The position numbers and the translations under genes were made by a program. Source: Octopus sinensis (Eukaryota). Taken from it: a stretch of DNA of 64,000 nt. The notes beneath the pieces are model-generated. The model ran no database searches and had not been told where the DNA came from. It worked only from the letters and a program-made list of their open reading frames with translations. Shown in pieces: positions 38,206-50,630 of the stretch (position 1 is its first letter; each line of letters opens with the position of its first letter). Where the stretch lies: assembly GCF_006345805.1 (NCBI RefSeq), contig NC_042998.1, positions 35,836,001-35,900,000 on the forward strand, written 5' to 3'.

Positions 38206-39279
38206 CCCTTTTGTTACTATATTTCTGACCAAAATATGTGTTTCAATTAATTTCTAACATAATCATAAATTTAGTCTGGTTTCATTAAACAACTATAACT
38301 TTTTTATTTATCAATATATTGTGATTTTTGGAAGATAATTTAATGAAATGTTCTCAACCAATTCTATACTATAATTTTTGTCACAAAGTGACTCTAATTG
38401 CAGGTAGATACAGGTAAATTCAACAAAATATAAAATTATTAAAATTTTTGTTTAAACATCGCTATAGAAAATGGGTTATTAGCTAATATTCAATTGGGTA
38501 TACAACAAAATTTTACTATAGAATTTATTCTGGGTAACTTTCTGATATCCATAATAATATTTATGGCAAAATAGGCCTTAATTTCATTTAAGGTTGTGGG
38601 AAACCACGAACTATCCTTTCTTTCGCTTTGTTTACATTTAGCGTAACGGTTCGTTTCTGCCGTAATGATTTCAAATAGGCTCATTTGAAAATGTAAATAG
38701 AAATAGTCTAAGGCTTTACTCTTCTGGGAAAGACTGTGGCTTGGTCCAGTTTCTTCAGAAAAATCACCGAAAGAAACAGTTTTTAAATTTTCACTCCATT
38801 CAGGTGCCAATTCATTTTCTTTATCGCTGTCGGAGCTCTCGGATTCACTGTTTTCACTTTCGGAAAATGAAACATCGAATTCATTATCAAATACCTCATG
38901 CTTTTTTTTTCAGTCATAGAGTTATATTTATCAAGGTCTTCAGTAGAAAAGCCTTCAAATTCTCACTCGCTGCTTGATATAATGAAATTCGTATCCATTT
39001 TTTTGTCAGAATTACAAATTTTGAAAACACAATAGGAACAAATTTCGGAAAAAAATCTCCCAAAATTCACGGAATTAAAATTACACTTCGATCATTGTAC
39101 AAAACTGTAGATGAAGTGTTTACGAAGTATAATCACATGTTTTCACGAATGTACTAAAGAGATTTGCTCTGATATTCTCATTTAAATATGAATAGGTAAA
39201 TACGGTCGGGTTTGGGCGGTTTGGTCACATTAACCAAAATTTTTTTCAGGCGGCTTTGGGCAGTTTGGTAACAAAAGGG
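38206..39279 (-). mobile_element. Internally deleted piggyBac transposon
   Basis: TTAA TSDs (38202-38205, 39280-39283); TIRs CCCTTTTGTTAC(T/C)A; minus-strand acidic N-terminus then ...ALDYFYLHF...IITAETNRYA...WFPTTLNEIKAYFAINIIM (PGBD-type transposase N-terminal part, 38490-38998, disrupted). Confidence 0.92.
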
Positions 39280-40035
39280 TTAAGCTCTAATTACATTAGA
39301 AATCTTTTCTTTTGCTTTTCTCCTTCACTGAATTACTCTTCTCCAGCCATGTTAATTTCCTTTGTTCCCTTCATCTGTTTAACTCCTGTCGATAACAAGC
39401 CTCTACACGGTTATTCAACCTGCTAGAAACAGTAGTTAAATCTTAAATTACGTGCTACTATCTTAAAAAAAAAAAATGTCCTGAATATACAAAAGTACGA
39501 GTTGGTCACACTTTGAACACCTTTGACCATGTCTGCACGATCAGGATTGGTTTGGAGCCCTTCCTCTTCTGACCAATTCTAATTGCTTTATACTTTCTCT
39601 TGTTTGGCTTCTATTCTGGTTATATCCAACTGTAAATGCATATTTCTACATTAGATATCATCTATTCTCATTATATCCTATTGTCTTAGCTACCATTAAA
39701 CTATGTGACCTTATCTTCTGGATCTGAGTTGCTGATATTATCATGGGTGCCATCATCAGCATTAGTCAGATTGTCTCTAGAATGAGACGGTGTTTATTGC
39801 GAAATATGGCAGTAGTTCATATTGTGAATGGGATTTACAAAATCTATTGTAAATTATGTATGAATTTATGAAAGAGGTTATCTTCACATTAATTTTCCAT
39901 TGTAATAGCTAAGAGAGTTGTTGATGAACCATTGTTCATTTTAGATTGTGTCCTGAAATCATTAATTGTGATATTTATTTGATAGTGTCAACTAGTTGTC
40001 TGTACTTAACAGTATATTTCCTTGTAGCACAGTAT

Positions 40036-40450
40036 TCATCATCATCATTGTCGTCGTTTAATCTGATCTGGCAGTTTCTACAGCTGGATGCCCTTCTTAA
40101 TGCCAACCACTTGGAGAGCGTAGTGGGTGCTTTTACATGCCACCGGCACGAGGGCCAGTCAGGCGGTACTGGCAACGGCCACACTCAAATGGTACTTTTT
40201 ATGTACCACCTGCACAATAGCCAGTCCAGCAGCACTGGCAACGGCCTCGCTCAAATGTTTTTTCATGAGCCACCAGCACAAGTGCTAGTAGGCGACGCAG
40301 GCAACGATCACGCCTGAATGGTGTTTTTAACGTGCCATCGGCTTGGAGGTCAGCTTGTTACTCTGGCCCCAATCTCACTCGTATGGTTCTCTTTGCGCTC
40401 CACTAGCACGGATGCCAGTCATCAAATTTGATTTTGATTTTACTTGCCTC
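40036..40450 (-). mobile_element. Family A RTE 3' end
   Basis: Near-identical layout to 1023-1440. Confidence 0.8.
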
Positions 40451-40794
40451 CTATAGAAGTTTTCAATTTGGAAAGACAATACTATTGAATCTGATCAGTT
40501 AGGTGGCAGTAACCTCCAACTGTCATCATTCTTTGTAGCAAATTAAATTCCGAAGCTTTTCATTTTAAATTCCTCACAAATATTACTTTCCTAATTTGGC
40601 CAACTTTTTGTTTTTACATTAGACAAATACAATTTGACCCCATCTCCTTCATTTACTGTAACTGCTCATGTTAATGCAAGCAAGAATCCTTTCCAGATTG
40701 AATATCACTAATACAACTCTAAGACTGGGCATAGATTTTCTTATAATGGTTTTTTTCTAAACATCTCTGTAATGCCATGACTATTGTTTAGAGC

Positions 40795-41351
40795 AGTGTT
40801 TCCCACCATTTTTGACCTTTGGTTCCTATTTTGCTCTATTGGACCCCCATAGCCATTTGATGCTTAAAAATCCTATATTTTTAGAATTGAATATTACAAA
40901 TTGTATTTAAAAAAATAAAAATATTTTGTATATTCATCATCATCATCATTTAACATCCGTTGTCCATGCCGGCATGGGTCAGAAGGTTTGACCAGGGCTA
41001 GTGAGTTGGAAGGCTGATTTGGCATGGTTTTCTGCCGCTGGTTGTCCTTCCTAATGCTAACCACTCTGAGAATGTCATGAGTGCTTTTACGTGCCACCAG
41101 TATGGGTGCCGTTTGCGTGACACTGGTATCTGCTACGGCTGTGATTTTGCTCGGTTTGATGGGTCTTCTTCTCAAGTACAATATAATGCCAAGGTCTCGG
41201 TCATTCATCATTGTCTCCGTGAGGCCCAACACTTGAAAGAAACTCAGCCATTTTGCCTCTGTGAGGCCCATATAAAAGTGTAACCAGTTTATTGTACATA
41301 ACAAAATTTTACACGCCCATCCGTCTTGTGGGCCCTAGTTGAGAACCACTG
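40795..41351. mobile_element. hAT-like MITE interrupted by a family A RTE end (40933-41260, minus)
   Basis: Ends CAGTGTTTCCCACC and GTTGAGAACCACTG resemble Charlie-type TIRs; related pieces at 49617-49810 and 57339-58265. Confidence 0.6.
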
Positions 41352-41443
41352 ATTTTAGTGGGTCTGTGATATACTTTCTTGCAAAGCTCCTTTATCCTCC
41401 TACCTGTGTGAAAATTATATTCCCATATCAATTCTCGTTTCAG

Positions 41444-41519
41444 GCTGCGATCTGGGACGCTCTGAACAACTATGCAGTTACTGATGCTACTTTTTTGGCT
41501 GAAAGATTATTTTCAGAAG
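41444..41519 (+). CDS. CDC27: CDC27 exon 2
   Basis: cag|GCT...GAAG|gtaccg; AAIWDALNNYAVTDATFLAERLFSE (Apc3 N-terminal TPR/dimerisation domain). Confidence 0.95.
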
Positions 41520-41665
41520 GTACCGTTTCAATGTTTTTAATCCTTTTTCAGAAATTTCATCTCCTAATATTTATGAATATTAATCTTGACAGAATTGTTA
41601 AGCTTTTTAAACTAATTTCATGCATTCACTATTAATTGTTAATAAAATTAACTTTTCCCTTTCAG

Positions 41666-41813
41666 TTGCAAATGATGAGTCTTTGTATCTTCTTGCTACC
41701 TGCTATTATCGGGCAGGGAAACCTGTTCAGTCTTATTTACTGTTGCAGTCCCGTGGATGCCACACGGCTCAGTGCAAGTACCTTTTGGCAAAATGTTGCT
41801 TTGATACTGATAG
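41666..41813 (+). CDS. CDC27: CDC27 exon 3
   Basis: cag|TT...GATAG|gtaggt; VANDESLYLLATCYYRAGKPVQSYLLLQSRGCHTAQCKYLLAKCCFDTD. Confidence 0.95.
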
Positions 41814-42542
41814 GTAGGTCTTTTTTGGCATCTCTCCTCTTATCCAAAAGTGATATCTCAAAATTTACTGTTTTGTGAAACTTATTAAAACCTTTGTGTT
41901 ATTGGGGCATTCCTAGGGGTTAAGATGTTGGGCTCATAATTGTTAGGTCGTGAGTTCAATTTCTGGATTGACTGGCACATTTGTCCTTGAGCAAGTTTCT
42001 TCATTTCATGTTGTCTAATCAAGTGAAAATGACTACTAATGGCAGCCGGGATTAACCAGAAACTGGAATAAACTTTGGTCTAATAAGCTTATAGGCTTAT
42101 AGACGGACCCTTATATGTATTATTATGTATTATGAGGGTACCACTTAAGACTTCTTAAGGTATTATAACTAGCAACAGTTAGGCTTTTACTCTGTACTTT
42201 CTGCTCAGCAGTGAACTCTTCCACTCTACTGTACTTTCTCACGACTTGGTGGACTGCATTATACGTCTTGGTCACACACACTGCAGATGATGGTGCACAA
42301 GAAGGAAATATGTTTGTACGGCCATATGTTGTGGTGAATGAATGAAATAGTACATTGTTGTCAGTGGAGTATAATCATAAAAGAGGAACACTCAACAAGG
42401 TTTACTTCTGTATATTTGGAGCTGGATTATTCTGTCTGTTGTTATCGATGACATTTTGGCATTACAGTAATTCCTTGACTTTTGTGGGTATTACGTACCA
42501 CCCCGTGATAGGTGAAAATCTATGAAGTAGAAACAGTACTGT

Positions 42543-42750
42543 ATCATCATCATCGTTTAACGTCCGTTTTCCATGCTAGCATGGGTTGGACGATTTTGAC
42601 TGAGGGATGGCGAACCAGACGGCCGCACCGGGCTCCAATCTTGATCTGCCCTTCCTAACTCCAACCACTTCGAGAGTGTAGTGGGTGCTTTTTATGTGCC
42701 ACTGGCACAGGGGCCATTCAGGCTGTACTGGCAATGACCTCGCTCGAATT
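42543..42750 (-). mobile_element. Family A RTE 3' end
   Basis: (CAT)n start, gtttaacgtccgttttccatgctagcatgggttggacg. Confidence 0.8.
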
Positions 42751-43282
42751 TGAAAAAAAAAAAATTATTTTTATAATTTGTATATATTTTTTTTATTATA
42801 AATGTGAAACAACACCAGAGGAATCAATGTAAGCTTAAATAATAAACCATGATAGGTGAACCTCGGCATAGTGAGGGACATATTGTATTATATGTAAGTC
42901 CTTGTATGGGTTGAGGTGTTGAGAATTGTTTTTCTGATTTGTTTGAATTGAAGGCAACTTTTTTCAAGCTATCAATCGTTTCTTCTACTTTTACTATATT
43001 TCATATCAGTTCTTTTCAGAATTAGTGTTCTTCGAATTTAGTGTGTAAATTGAGCAACCAAAATAATTTGTGTATAAGTCATTCTTTTGGCAAATCCTCC
43101 AGTTCTGTTGCCTTGTTTTGTCAGCAAAGGAACTGTGAAGTGTTTCCTTTCATTTGCTGTAGTCTTTTTTTTTTTTTTTATTGGCATTGAAATGTAGGAA
43201 TAATTCATTATGCAACACTTGAAATGTAAAAAATATTCTATTTTGAAGATAAATTTGATTAAAATTCTGTGTTCATTTTTAG

Positions 43283-43408
43283 ATTATCAGAAGCTGAAGA
43301 GCTCTTGGTTGGAAATGCTGTCTCGAAGAGCAAAACATTTGAAGAAATTGAAGTGGAATATGGTCCAGTGGCCTGCCATGTATTTAGCTTATTAGGAAAT
43401 CTTTATAG
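43283..43408 (+). CDS. CDC27: CDC27 exon 4
   Basis: tag|A TTA...TATAG|gtaact; RLSEAEELLVGNAVSKSKTFEEIEVEYGPVACHVFSLLGNLY. Confidence 0.93.
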
Positions 43409-43620
43409 GTAACTTGATTTTCCAGTATTTACTTCACAGGAAGCGCAATAATAATGCTTTTCATCAGCTCCTTCATTTTACTTGGATTTTTGTTTTCTGT
43501 TTGCAGTTGTGGATATTTTTACCATTATTGCATTTGTTTTAACAATGGCGTACAGTAATTGTCATGTTAAGATGCTTGAATATTGACATATTCTGATCAC
43601 GTAATATATACTCTGTTGTA

Positions 43621-43975
43621 AGGTGTTGAGCTGGCAAAAATGTTAGCACGCCGGGTGAAATGCTTAGCGGTATTTCGGATGCCGCTACATTTTGAGTTCA
43701 AATTCCGCCATGGTCGACTTTGCCCTTCATCCTTTCGGGTTCGATTAAATAAGTACCAGTTACGCACTGGGGTCGATGTAATTGACTTAATCTGTTTGTC
43801 TGTCAGGCATTTCGTCTGTCTTTATGTTCTGAGATCAAATCCTGCCGAGGTTGACTTTGCCTTTCATCCTTTCTGGATTGATAAATTAAGTACCAGTTAC
43901 GTATTGGGGTCGATCTAATCGACTGGCCCCCTCCCCTCCAAATTTCGGGCCTTGTGCCTAGAGTAGAAAAGAATA
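43621..43975 (+). mobile_element. Family C SINE dimer
   Basis: Same two-unit layout as 21088-21482. Confidence 0.82.
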
Positions 43976-44241
43976 TCTACTCTGTTTTTCTATATAAAAC
44001 CTGTAACTCTACTTAGGTTAACAAACAGGTTCAGTTTTGATGTTAGAGTTGATTTAATGACAAGGATATTACCTCCATGTCAAAGGACAAGCTAATGTCC
44101 TTTCTTGCTGCGAACTGTTCAGCAGGGAAATTAAGAATGAATTTTTTTGTCAGTCTAATGCACAAGAAAGCTCAGTGATCTGCCCTGTCTAAAAGCATTA
44201 CACAATTGTTTAACTCTTGATTATGTGATCAGTAGTTTAGT

Positions 44242-45180
44242 ATCATCATTGTTTAACGTTTGCTTTCCATGCTGGTATGGGTTGGACGGTTTGACTGAGG
44301 ACTGGCAAGCTAGGAGGCTGCACCAGGCTCCAATCTGATCTGGCATGGTTTCTACAGCTGGATGCCCTTCCTAATGCCGACCACTCCGTGAGTGTAGCGG
44401 GTGCTTTTTATGTGCCACTGGCACAGGAGCCAGTCAGGCGGCCTTGGCATCGACCATACTTGAATGGTCCCTTTTATACCACCAGCATAGGTGCCAGTCA
44501 GGATGGCACTGGCTTTGGTTACACTTGAATGGTGCTTTTTACATGTCACTGGCATAGGAGCCAGTCAGGCGGCACTGTCATCAACCACACTTGAATGGTG
44601 CTTTTTATTCCACTGGCACGGGTGCCAGTCAGGCGGCACTGGCATTGCCCACACTTGATTGGTGCTTTTTACATTCCACTGGCACAGTTGCCAGTCAGGT
44701 GGCACTGGCATTACCTCCTTATGAGAGCTCAAAATCTCTCGTGGAAGCGCCATCCAACCAAAATGCAAATATATGGGAAACTACCACCTGTATCATCTCT
44801 TGTGAAAGGTTAGAGAGTCCAGTTTGCTGGACATTGTTGTAGAGCTGAAAAAGAGGTAATTTCTACTCTTCTCCTCTGGAAGCCATCTACTTGCAATACT
44901 AGAGGGCGCACACTCTCCTACCCTGATGTAATCTCCAGGGATACAGGCATCCAGCAACAGGACCTCTGTAATGCCATGATGGACTGTGAAGTCTGGCGTA
45001 GCATGGTAAATTCCATTGTCTCGACCACGGTCGAACAATGATGAATGATGATTGCCCATGCTTGTATGGTGCTTTTTATCCCACTGGCATGGGTACCAGT
45101 CAGGTGGCACTGGCTTCAGTTACCCTTGAATGGTGCTTTTTATATGCCACAGGCATGGAAGCCAGTCAGGCGTCACTGGA
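44242..45180 (-). mobile_element. Family A RTE end with about 7 tandem ~58-bp units, interrupted by another LINE
   Basis: Units tggtgctttt...ccactggcac...gccagtcaggcggcactggc at 44395-44712 resume at 45052. Confidence 0.82.
44713..45051 (+). mobile_element. RTE/RTEX-like LINE 3' fragment (second family)
   Basis: LLMRAQNLSWKRHPT...YGKLPPVSSLV...VQFAGHCCRAEKEVISTLLLWKP...RGRTLSYPDVI...AMMDCEVWR; TGA-rich tail. Confidence 0.75.
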
Positions 45181-45362
45181 TTGTCTTGGCAGTAAGCTGT
45201 TTACATGCTTCGAACCCTTTTTTTTTTATATTGGTTTCTATTGCTGCTACAAATTTTAACTTCTGTTTTTTATTGACTCAATTTTAAAGATTTAAATGCT
45301 TGTGTGTGGCATATTTTTAGCTGCATTTTCTCTAATTGCATATTTCTTGTTCTTAATTTCAG

Positions 45363-45460
45363 TAAAACGGAGCGATTTTCACATGCTTCAGAATGTTATC
45401 AAAAAAGTTTAAAACTAAATCCTTTATTATGGTCTTCATTTGCTAAACTCTGCAGTCTAG
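45363..45460 (+). CDS. CDC27: CDC27 exon 5
   Basis: cag|T AAA...CTAG|gtaagc; SKTERFSHASECYQKSLKLNPLLWSSFAKLCSL (TPR). Confidence 0.95.
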
Positions 45461-46089
45461 GTAAGCAGCCCCCTTATTTTTTTTTTTTAATCTTGTATGG
45501 TTACTGAGTCCTTGTGAGACTCAGCCAAATTATTGAGCAAAAGCAAAATACCTCACACATTTGTATGAAGGGCTGTTATTGTTGACTAAATATGTAGATT
45601 GTTTCTTTTTTTTTTTAATATCAAGGTGTAATCTGGTAGTTAAAAGATAACTTTTTCCAGTCCTGGGGTCAGATTTCTCATTAAGCTCATTGCAGTATAA
45701 CATTTTCGTTATTGTATTTCAGACTAGAATACTGTTTAATATATTAATTAAATTCTAACAAAATTATGAATTTAGACTGCTTTTATTAAAAAATTTAAAT
45801 TTTTTTTCTATATTTACAAAAGTGGAATTTGAGACATAAACTAATAAAAGGTTTTTACATAAATCTATACTCTGGAATTTTTGTCCTTCCTAACACCAAC
45901 CACTTTACAGAATGTACTGGCTGCTTTTTACGTGGCACCAGCACAGGAGATTTTTATGCATAACTACAAGCAAGTTTGACTTGATGACGAGAACTATAGT
46001 TATAAGTAAGTGTATGCAAGGACAAAAGTGATAATTTCTGTACCACATTGTACTCTAGGATAAATTCACTTGCACCACCAATTGTTTTG

Positions 46090-46310
46090 TGTTTAAATCC
46101 ACTTTGGTACCCAATATCTATGGCATTGAACTTCCAGACTTTCATATCCCCTTTTGTGGGCTTGCCTTAACATAATTGTTGAAAATGTAGCTGTTGTACC
46201 ATACCTTTCCTTTGTCTTTGGAAAGCCTTTTCTCTCACTTGTAGGACTTAAAACATTCTTTCTACAATGTCCACCAGGGATTTTATTTTGAAGAATAACT
46301 CCTCTCTTTT
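46090..46310 (-). mobile_element. Decayed piggyBac transposase remnant
   Basis: Reverse frame LFFKIKSLVD...KGMVQQLHFQQLC*GKPTKGDMKVW...IGY resembles the piggyBac DE.M...F.QY..KP.K.G.K.W block. Confidence 0.45.
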
Positions 46311-46794
46311 TATTTCCTGCATGTGCTGGTGTCATGTATGGGCAGATATTGATGCAACTTCAAAAACTACAGCAAGTCTTAACACTGGAAACATAGAATG
46401 GAGAGTGGATGTAAAATGATGTTCAAAGCAGGTCAACCATTTTACTTGCACACATCAATCAATGGCTTTCATAGTGAAATTCTTTGTGCTCAGCCTTTTT
46501 ATATAAATCAACTTTGCAAATCCACAATGTCACATTTGCTTCATTCTTCTTTAGTCAATGTAGCTTTCCCTCACTCATTACTCATGTTGGATTATCTTAC
46601 ATCATTACATTTCTTATGGTTTATCCTTTGTATAGTGAAAGAAAAATATTTTTGCCTCCTTTAGCAACTATTTTTTTGAATTTCCATTTCTCAGTTTTAA
46701 ACCATAGCTATTGTTTTCACTAGAGCCCCTTAAGCAGCAGTGATGCCAGCTAAACAGAAAATCTTAATAGTTTGTTGTTTTATTTTTATCCTGT

Positions 46795-47140
46795 GTTAGG
46801 AAGGGCATCCATTGGCGTTAGGAAAAGCATTCAGATTGGATTGGAGCATGGTGCAGCCTTCTGGCTTGCCAGCCCTCAGTCAAACTGTCCAACCCATGCC
46901 ACATAGAAAGCGGACGTTAAACGACAATGATGATATCATCATAATCATCATTTAACTCCTATTTTCCATGCTGGCATGGGCTGGATGGTTTGACAGAAGC
47001 TAGTAAGGTGGAGGTCACAGCAGGCTCCAATTGTCTGTTTTGAAATGGCTTTAATGGCTGGATGCCCTTCCTAACAGCAACCACTTCACAGTGTACTGGG
47101 TGCTTTTTACATGGCACTAGTACTGACAGGGTCACTGCAA
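46795..47140. mobile_element. Tail-to-tail family A pair
   Basis: Plus end to ~46935, minus copy from ~46936. Confidence 0.72.
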
Positions 47141-47631
47141 GACGGAAAACCTCTCAGCAGGGAGGAGGGAGTAGTAGTGAAGGTGGTGGTGGCTTTGTGC
47201 CAGTTGGTGAAAGATTAAAGGTCTAGCGGTACAGGGGTGGGTGTTTTGCTGTCGAGTATATGCATGAATGTTTCAGTTGAAAAAGAAAGGAGGATGGTTA
47301 GGGAGTAAGGTAAAGAGAGCAATAGTAAGAGATGATGGTGATGAAGATGAGTTGGAACATTGGGGGTGGTGAGAAGAAGTGGGGGTGATACAGAGGTTTG
47401 GATTGGGTGGGTTGTTAGGGTAGAGGTGAGTGAGGCAAATGATGAAGTCATATATAGGAGAGGCTCAGGGATGGGTTGTGGCAGATATGTGACAGCATTG
47501 ATAGTTATAGCAGATAAGTCAGGTGTTTAAGGATGGAGAACAACAGAAAGGAGGGAAGGCACAGCTTTAGATTTTATAATGAAAAGCATAAATTTTCTTT
47601 TTTAATGGCATGTTGAAATTATTTTTGTCAG

Positions 47632-47837
47632 GTGAAAAAGTTGATGTTACAAAGATCTTCCAGCCACCCAAAGTCCCCTTTCCTCAGTCTACACCTATCC
47701 ACAGCACCAATCCTTTTTACCAACCTCCAGATGGAAAATTAAAATTGATGCAATTACACCAGTCTCCTCACATAATCCCTAGTTCTCAGGACAGCATTAC
47801 TCCAGTGTCAGACTGTACACCTGCAGGAATTTGTAAG
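47632..47837 (+). CDS. CDC27: CDC27 exon 6
   Basis: cag|GT GAA...AAG|gtaagt; GEKVDVTKIFQPPKVPFPQSTP...TPAGICK, start of disordered loop; phases consistent. Confidence 0.88.
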
Positions 47838-47891
47838 GTAAGTCTAGATTATTTTGCAGTTTACCACCATAATCTTTGCCATCGTTCTACA

Positions 47892-48545
47892 CATCACCAT
47901 CATCGTTTAACGTCCGCTTTCCATGCTGGTATGGGTTGGACAGTTTGACTGGGAATCGGCGAGCCAGGAGGCTGCACCAGGCGCCAATCTGATCTACAGG
48001 CTTCTACAGCAGGCGGCGAGCTGGCAGAAACGTTAGCACGCCGGGTGAAATGCTTAGCAGTATTTCGTCTGCTGCTATGTTCTGAGTTCAAATTCCACCG
48101 AGGTTGACTTTGCCTTTCATCCTTTCAGGGTCTATTAAATAAGTACCAGTTATGCACTGGGGTCGATATAATCGACTTAATCTGTTTGTCTGTCCTTGTT
48201 TGTCCTCTCTTGTGTTTAGCCCCTTGTGGGTAGTAAAAAAATAGGTTTCTACAGCTGGATGCCCTTCCTAACACCAACCACTCTGAGAGTGTAGTGGGTG
48301 CTTTTTACATGCCACTGGCACAGGAGCCAGTCAGGCAGCACTGGCACTGGCCATGCTCAAATGGTGCTTATCTGTGTCACCAGCACAGGTGCCAGTCAGG
48401 TGGCACTGGCATTGGCTATGCTCAAATAGTACTTTTTACATGCCACTGGTACAGGTGCCACAACTACAATTCCACTTGGTTCAACAAGTCTTCACTTTTA
48501 TTTTTGTTTTTGATCTATTATTTAACCTGCAGCATATTTCCCAGA
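47892..48545 (-). mobile_element. Family A RTE end interrupted by a family C SINE
   Basis: Family A sequence resumes exactly after the insertion at 48247. Confidence 0.82.
48011..48246 (+). mobile_element. Family C SINE (full length, nested)
   Basis: aggcggcgagctggcagaaacgttagcacg...; TSD TTCTACAGC at 48002-48010 and 48247-48255. Confidence 0.9.
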
Positions 48546-48599
48546 ATTCTTCACTAGGACAGTAAAAAAAATATAAAATACATTTCAACAAAACCAGCA

Positions 48600-48945
48600 T
48601 CTTTTATCTTTTACTTGTTTCAGTCATTAGACTGTGGCCATGCTGGGGTAAGCACTTTGAAGAGTTTTTAATCAAACAAATCGACTGTAGTACTAATTTA
48701 TTTTTTAAAGCCAGGTGCTTATTGTATCAGTGTCTTTTCCTGAACTGCTAAGTTACAGGGACGTAAACACACCAACACTGGTTGTCAAGTGATAGGAACA
48801 GACACAAAGACATGCTCACACAACTATATATATATATATATATGACAGGCTTCTTTCAGTTTTTGTCTGCCAAATCCATCCACAAGGTTTTGGTTGACCT
48901 GAGGGTGTAGTAGTGTTGAACCCTGAACCGTGGGGTTAAGAAGCA
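48600..48945 (-). mobile_element. Family B SINE
   Basis: ttttacttgtttcagtcatt.gactgtggccatgctgggg...ttctttcagttt. Confidence 0.78.
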
Positions 48946-49108
48946 ACATTTTTTTTATTGTATAACTTGTCACCTTTGAAGTACAATTAAAAAGAAACAG
49001 CTTCTAAGATTGCTTTTTTGACCACTTGATCATCTCGTGTTTGCCTTTTTATGTTTTTGTGTGTGATTTGTATACATTATGTCATTTAAAATGGTTTTTG
49101 TTTTTCAG

Positions 49109-49281
49109 TTCGAGTCTCCCTTGCCAGCAGACAAACTAATGACGCCAGATGCCTTGAGCCCTCCTAGCAGTACGGATAGTTCCTTTCACCAAGGAATTCA
49201 ATCTTTGCGTGCCAGTCGCGGACAGTACCTCAGTAGTGGCAACCGTCTTAATTTTTCTTCCCTCAGTCCTTTAACTCCAAG
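49109..49281 (+). CDS. CDC27: CDC27 exon 7
   Basis: cag|TTC...CCAAG|gtaaga; FESPLPADKLMTPDALSPP...SLSPLTP; conserved SPLTPSFG motif spans the junction with exon 8. Confidence 0.9.
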
Positions 49282-49989
49282 GTAAGAAGAATCCAAATTC
49301 TTCATACGAGTGTTTTAGTAAAGTTTAGCAAGAGCCATTCCTTTATTTAATAAATATTTGATGTAAAAACCAGAGAGTAGCTACAATATTGCTTTCTAAA
49401 AAAATTTTCAACTCTAATTTCTTTAGTTCTTGGTTAAATCTGATTAGGGAGTCTTAATATCAGAGTTGTTTCAGCTCTGATCTTCTGGCTTTTATTTTTC
49501 AGACACAGTGTATTTTATACATTGACAAGAGTATTCTTTCTTTTTTTTAAGACACTTGGGTGATATGTGAGGGATATTTGGTGATGTTTCTAGCAGTTTG
49601 AATGAGCATATTGAGCAGTGGTCCGCAACCACATGGCCCTTGTTAAAATTTATGAGCAATAAATTAGTTATTCTTTTACGATAACACAAAATATTTTAAC
49701 AATTTTTAAAATACAATTCCTAATAATAGACACTGACTGTCTATGAGGCTCCAATAGAATAAAATAAGAAACAAGGTCCATATGTACAAAAAAATGGTTG
49801 AGAACTACTAATGTAGAGGTTCTTTTTATGCTTGTCGTAAGTTTTTTGATGAATATTCTATTAAAATAATTTCTAAGATCCAGATCCATAGTATAGGCCG
49901 TCTGTGACATAACATGCAGTAAAGAGTTAAGCTGAACGGAGGTGGAATGTTGTGGTTTCTAACCTGTTTATTTCCTCTCTTCAATGGGC

Positions 49990-50430
49990 CATCATCATTT
50001 AATGTCTGCTTTCCATGCTGGCATGGGTTGCAAGATTTAACTGAAAGCTGTTGAGCTGGGGAGCTACACTAGATTCCATTCTGGTTTGGCATGGTTTCTA
50101 TGGCTGGATGCCCTTCCTAATGCCAACCACTCCAAGAGTGTAGTGGGTGCTTTTTAAGTGACACTGGCATTGGCCACAACTACAATATCATTTGGCTTGA
50201 CAGGTCTTTTCATACACAACATACCGCCAAAGGTCTTGGTCACTTGTCATTGCCTCTGTGAAGCCCAACGTTTGAAGATTATGCTTCACCACCTCTTCTC
50301 ATGTCTTCCTGGGTTTACCTCTTTCACAGGTTCCCTCTCTGCTAAGGTGTGACACTTTTTCACACAGCTGTCCTAATCCATATGTGTCACATGACCATAC
50401 CAGTACAGTCATTTCTCTTGCACACCACAG
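49990..50430 (-). mobile_element. Family A RTE LINE end with longest ORF remnant
   Basis: Reverse strand: GVQEK*LYWYGHVTHMD*DSCVKKC...GKPRKT*EEVVKHNLQTLGFTEAMTSDQDLWRY, contiguous with the family A 3' motif and GAT tail. Confidence 0.82.
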
Positions 50431-50630
50431 AATTTTTGTATGCAATATCATATTTTCAATAAAACTGGTTGGCTGTATGAAATGAGGCTGGTTTTAGCCC
50501 ATGGGCTCTAGCATGTTGCCCTAAAGACAGACTAGAATAACAGAAGATTTTAGTAAGAGAACGAGAATAATTATTTGCAATGTGAGCATTTGTTTTGAAT
50601 ATTTGCATACTGCTGAAAGCTCAGCAGATA

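Noticed and set aside
44395-44712. Regular ~58-bp repeats resembling a CRISPR array
   Set aside because: Units repeat along their whole length with no unique spacers, there are no cas genes, and the context is a eukaryotic intron; they are part of the RTE 3' UTR
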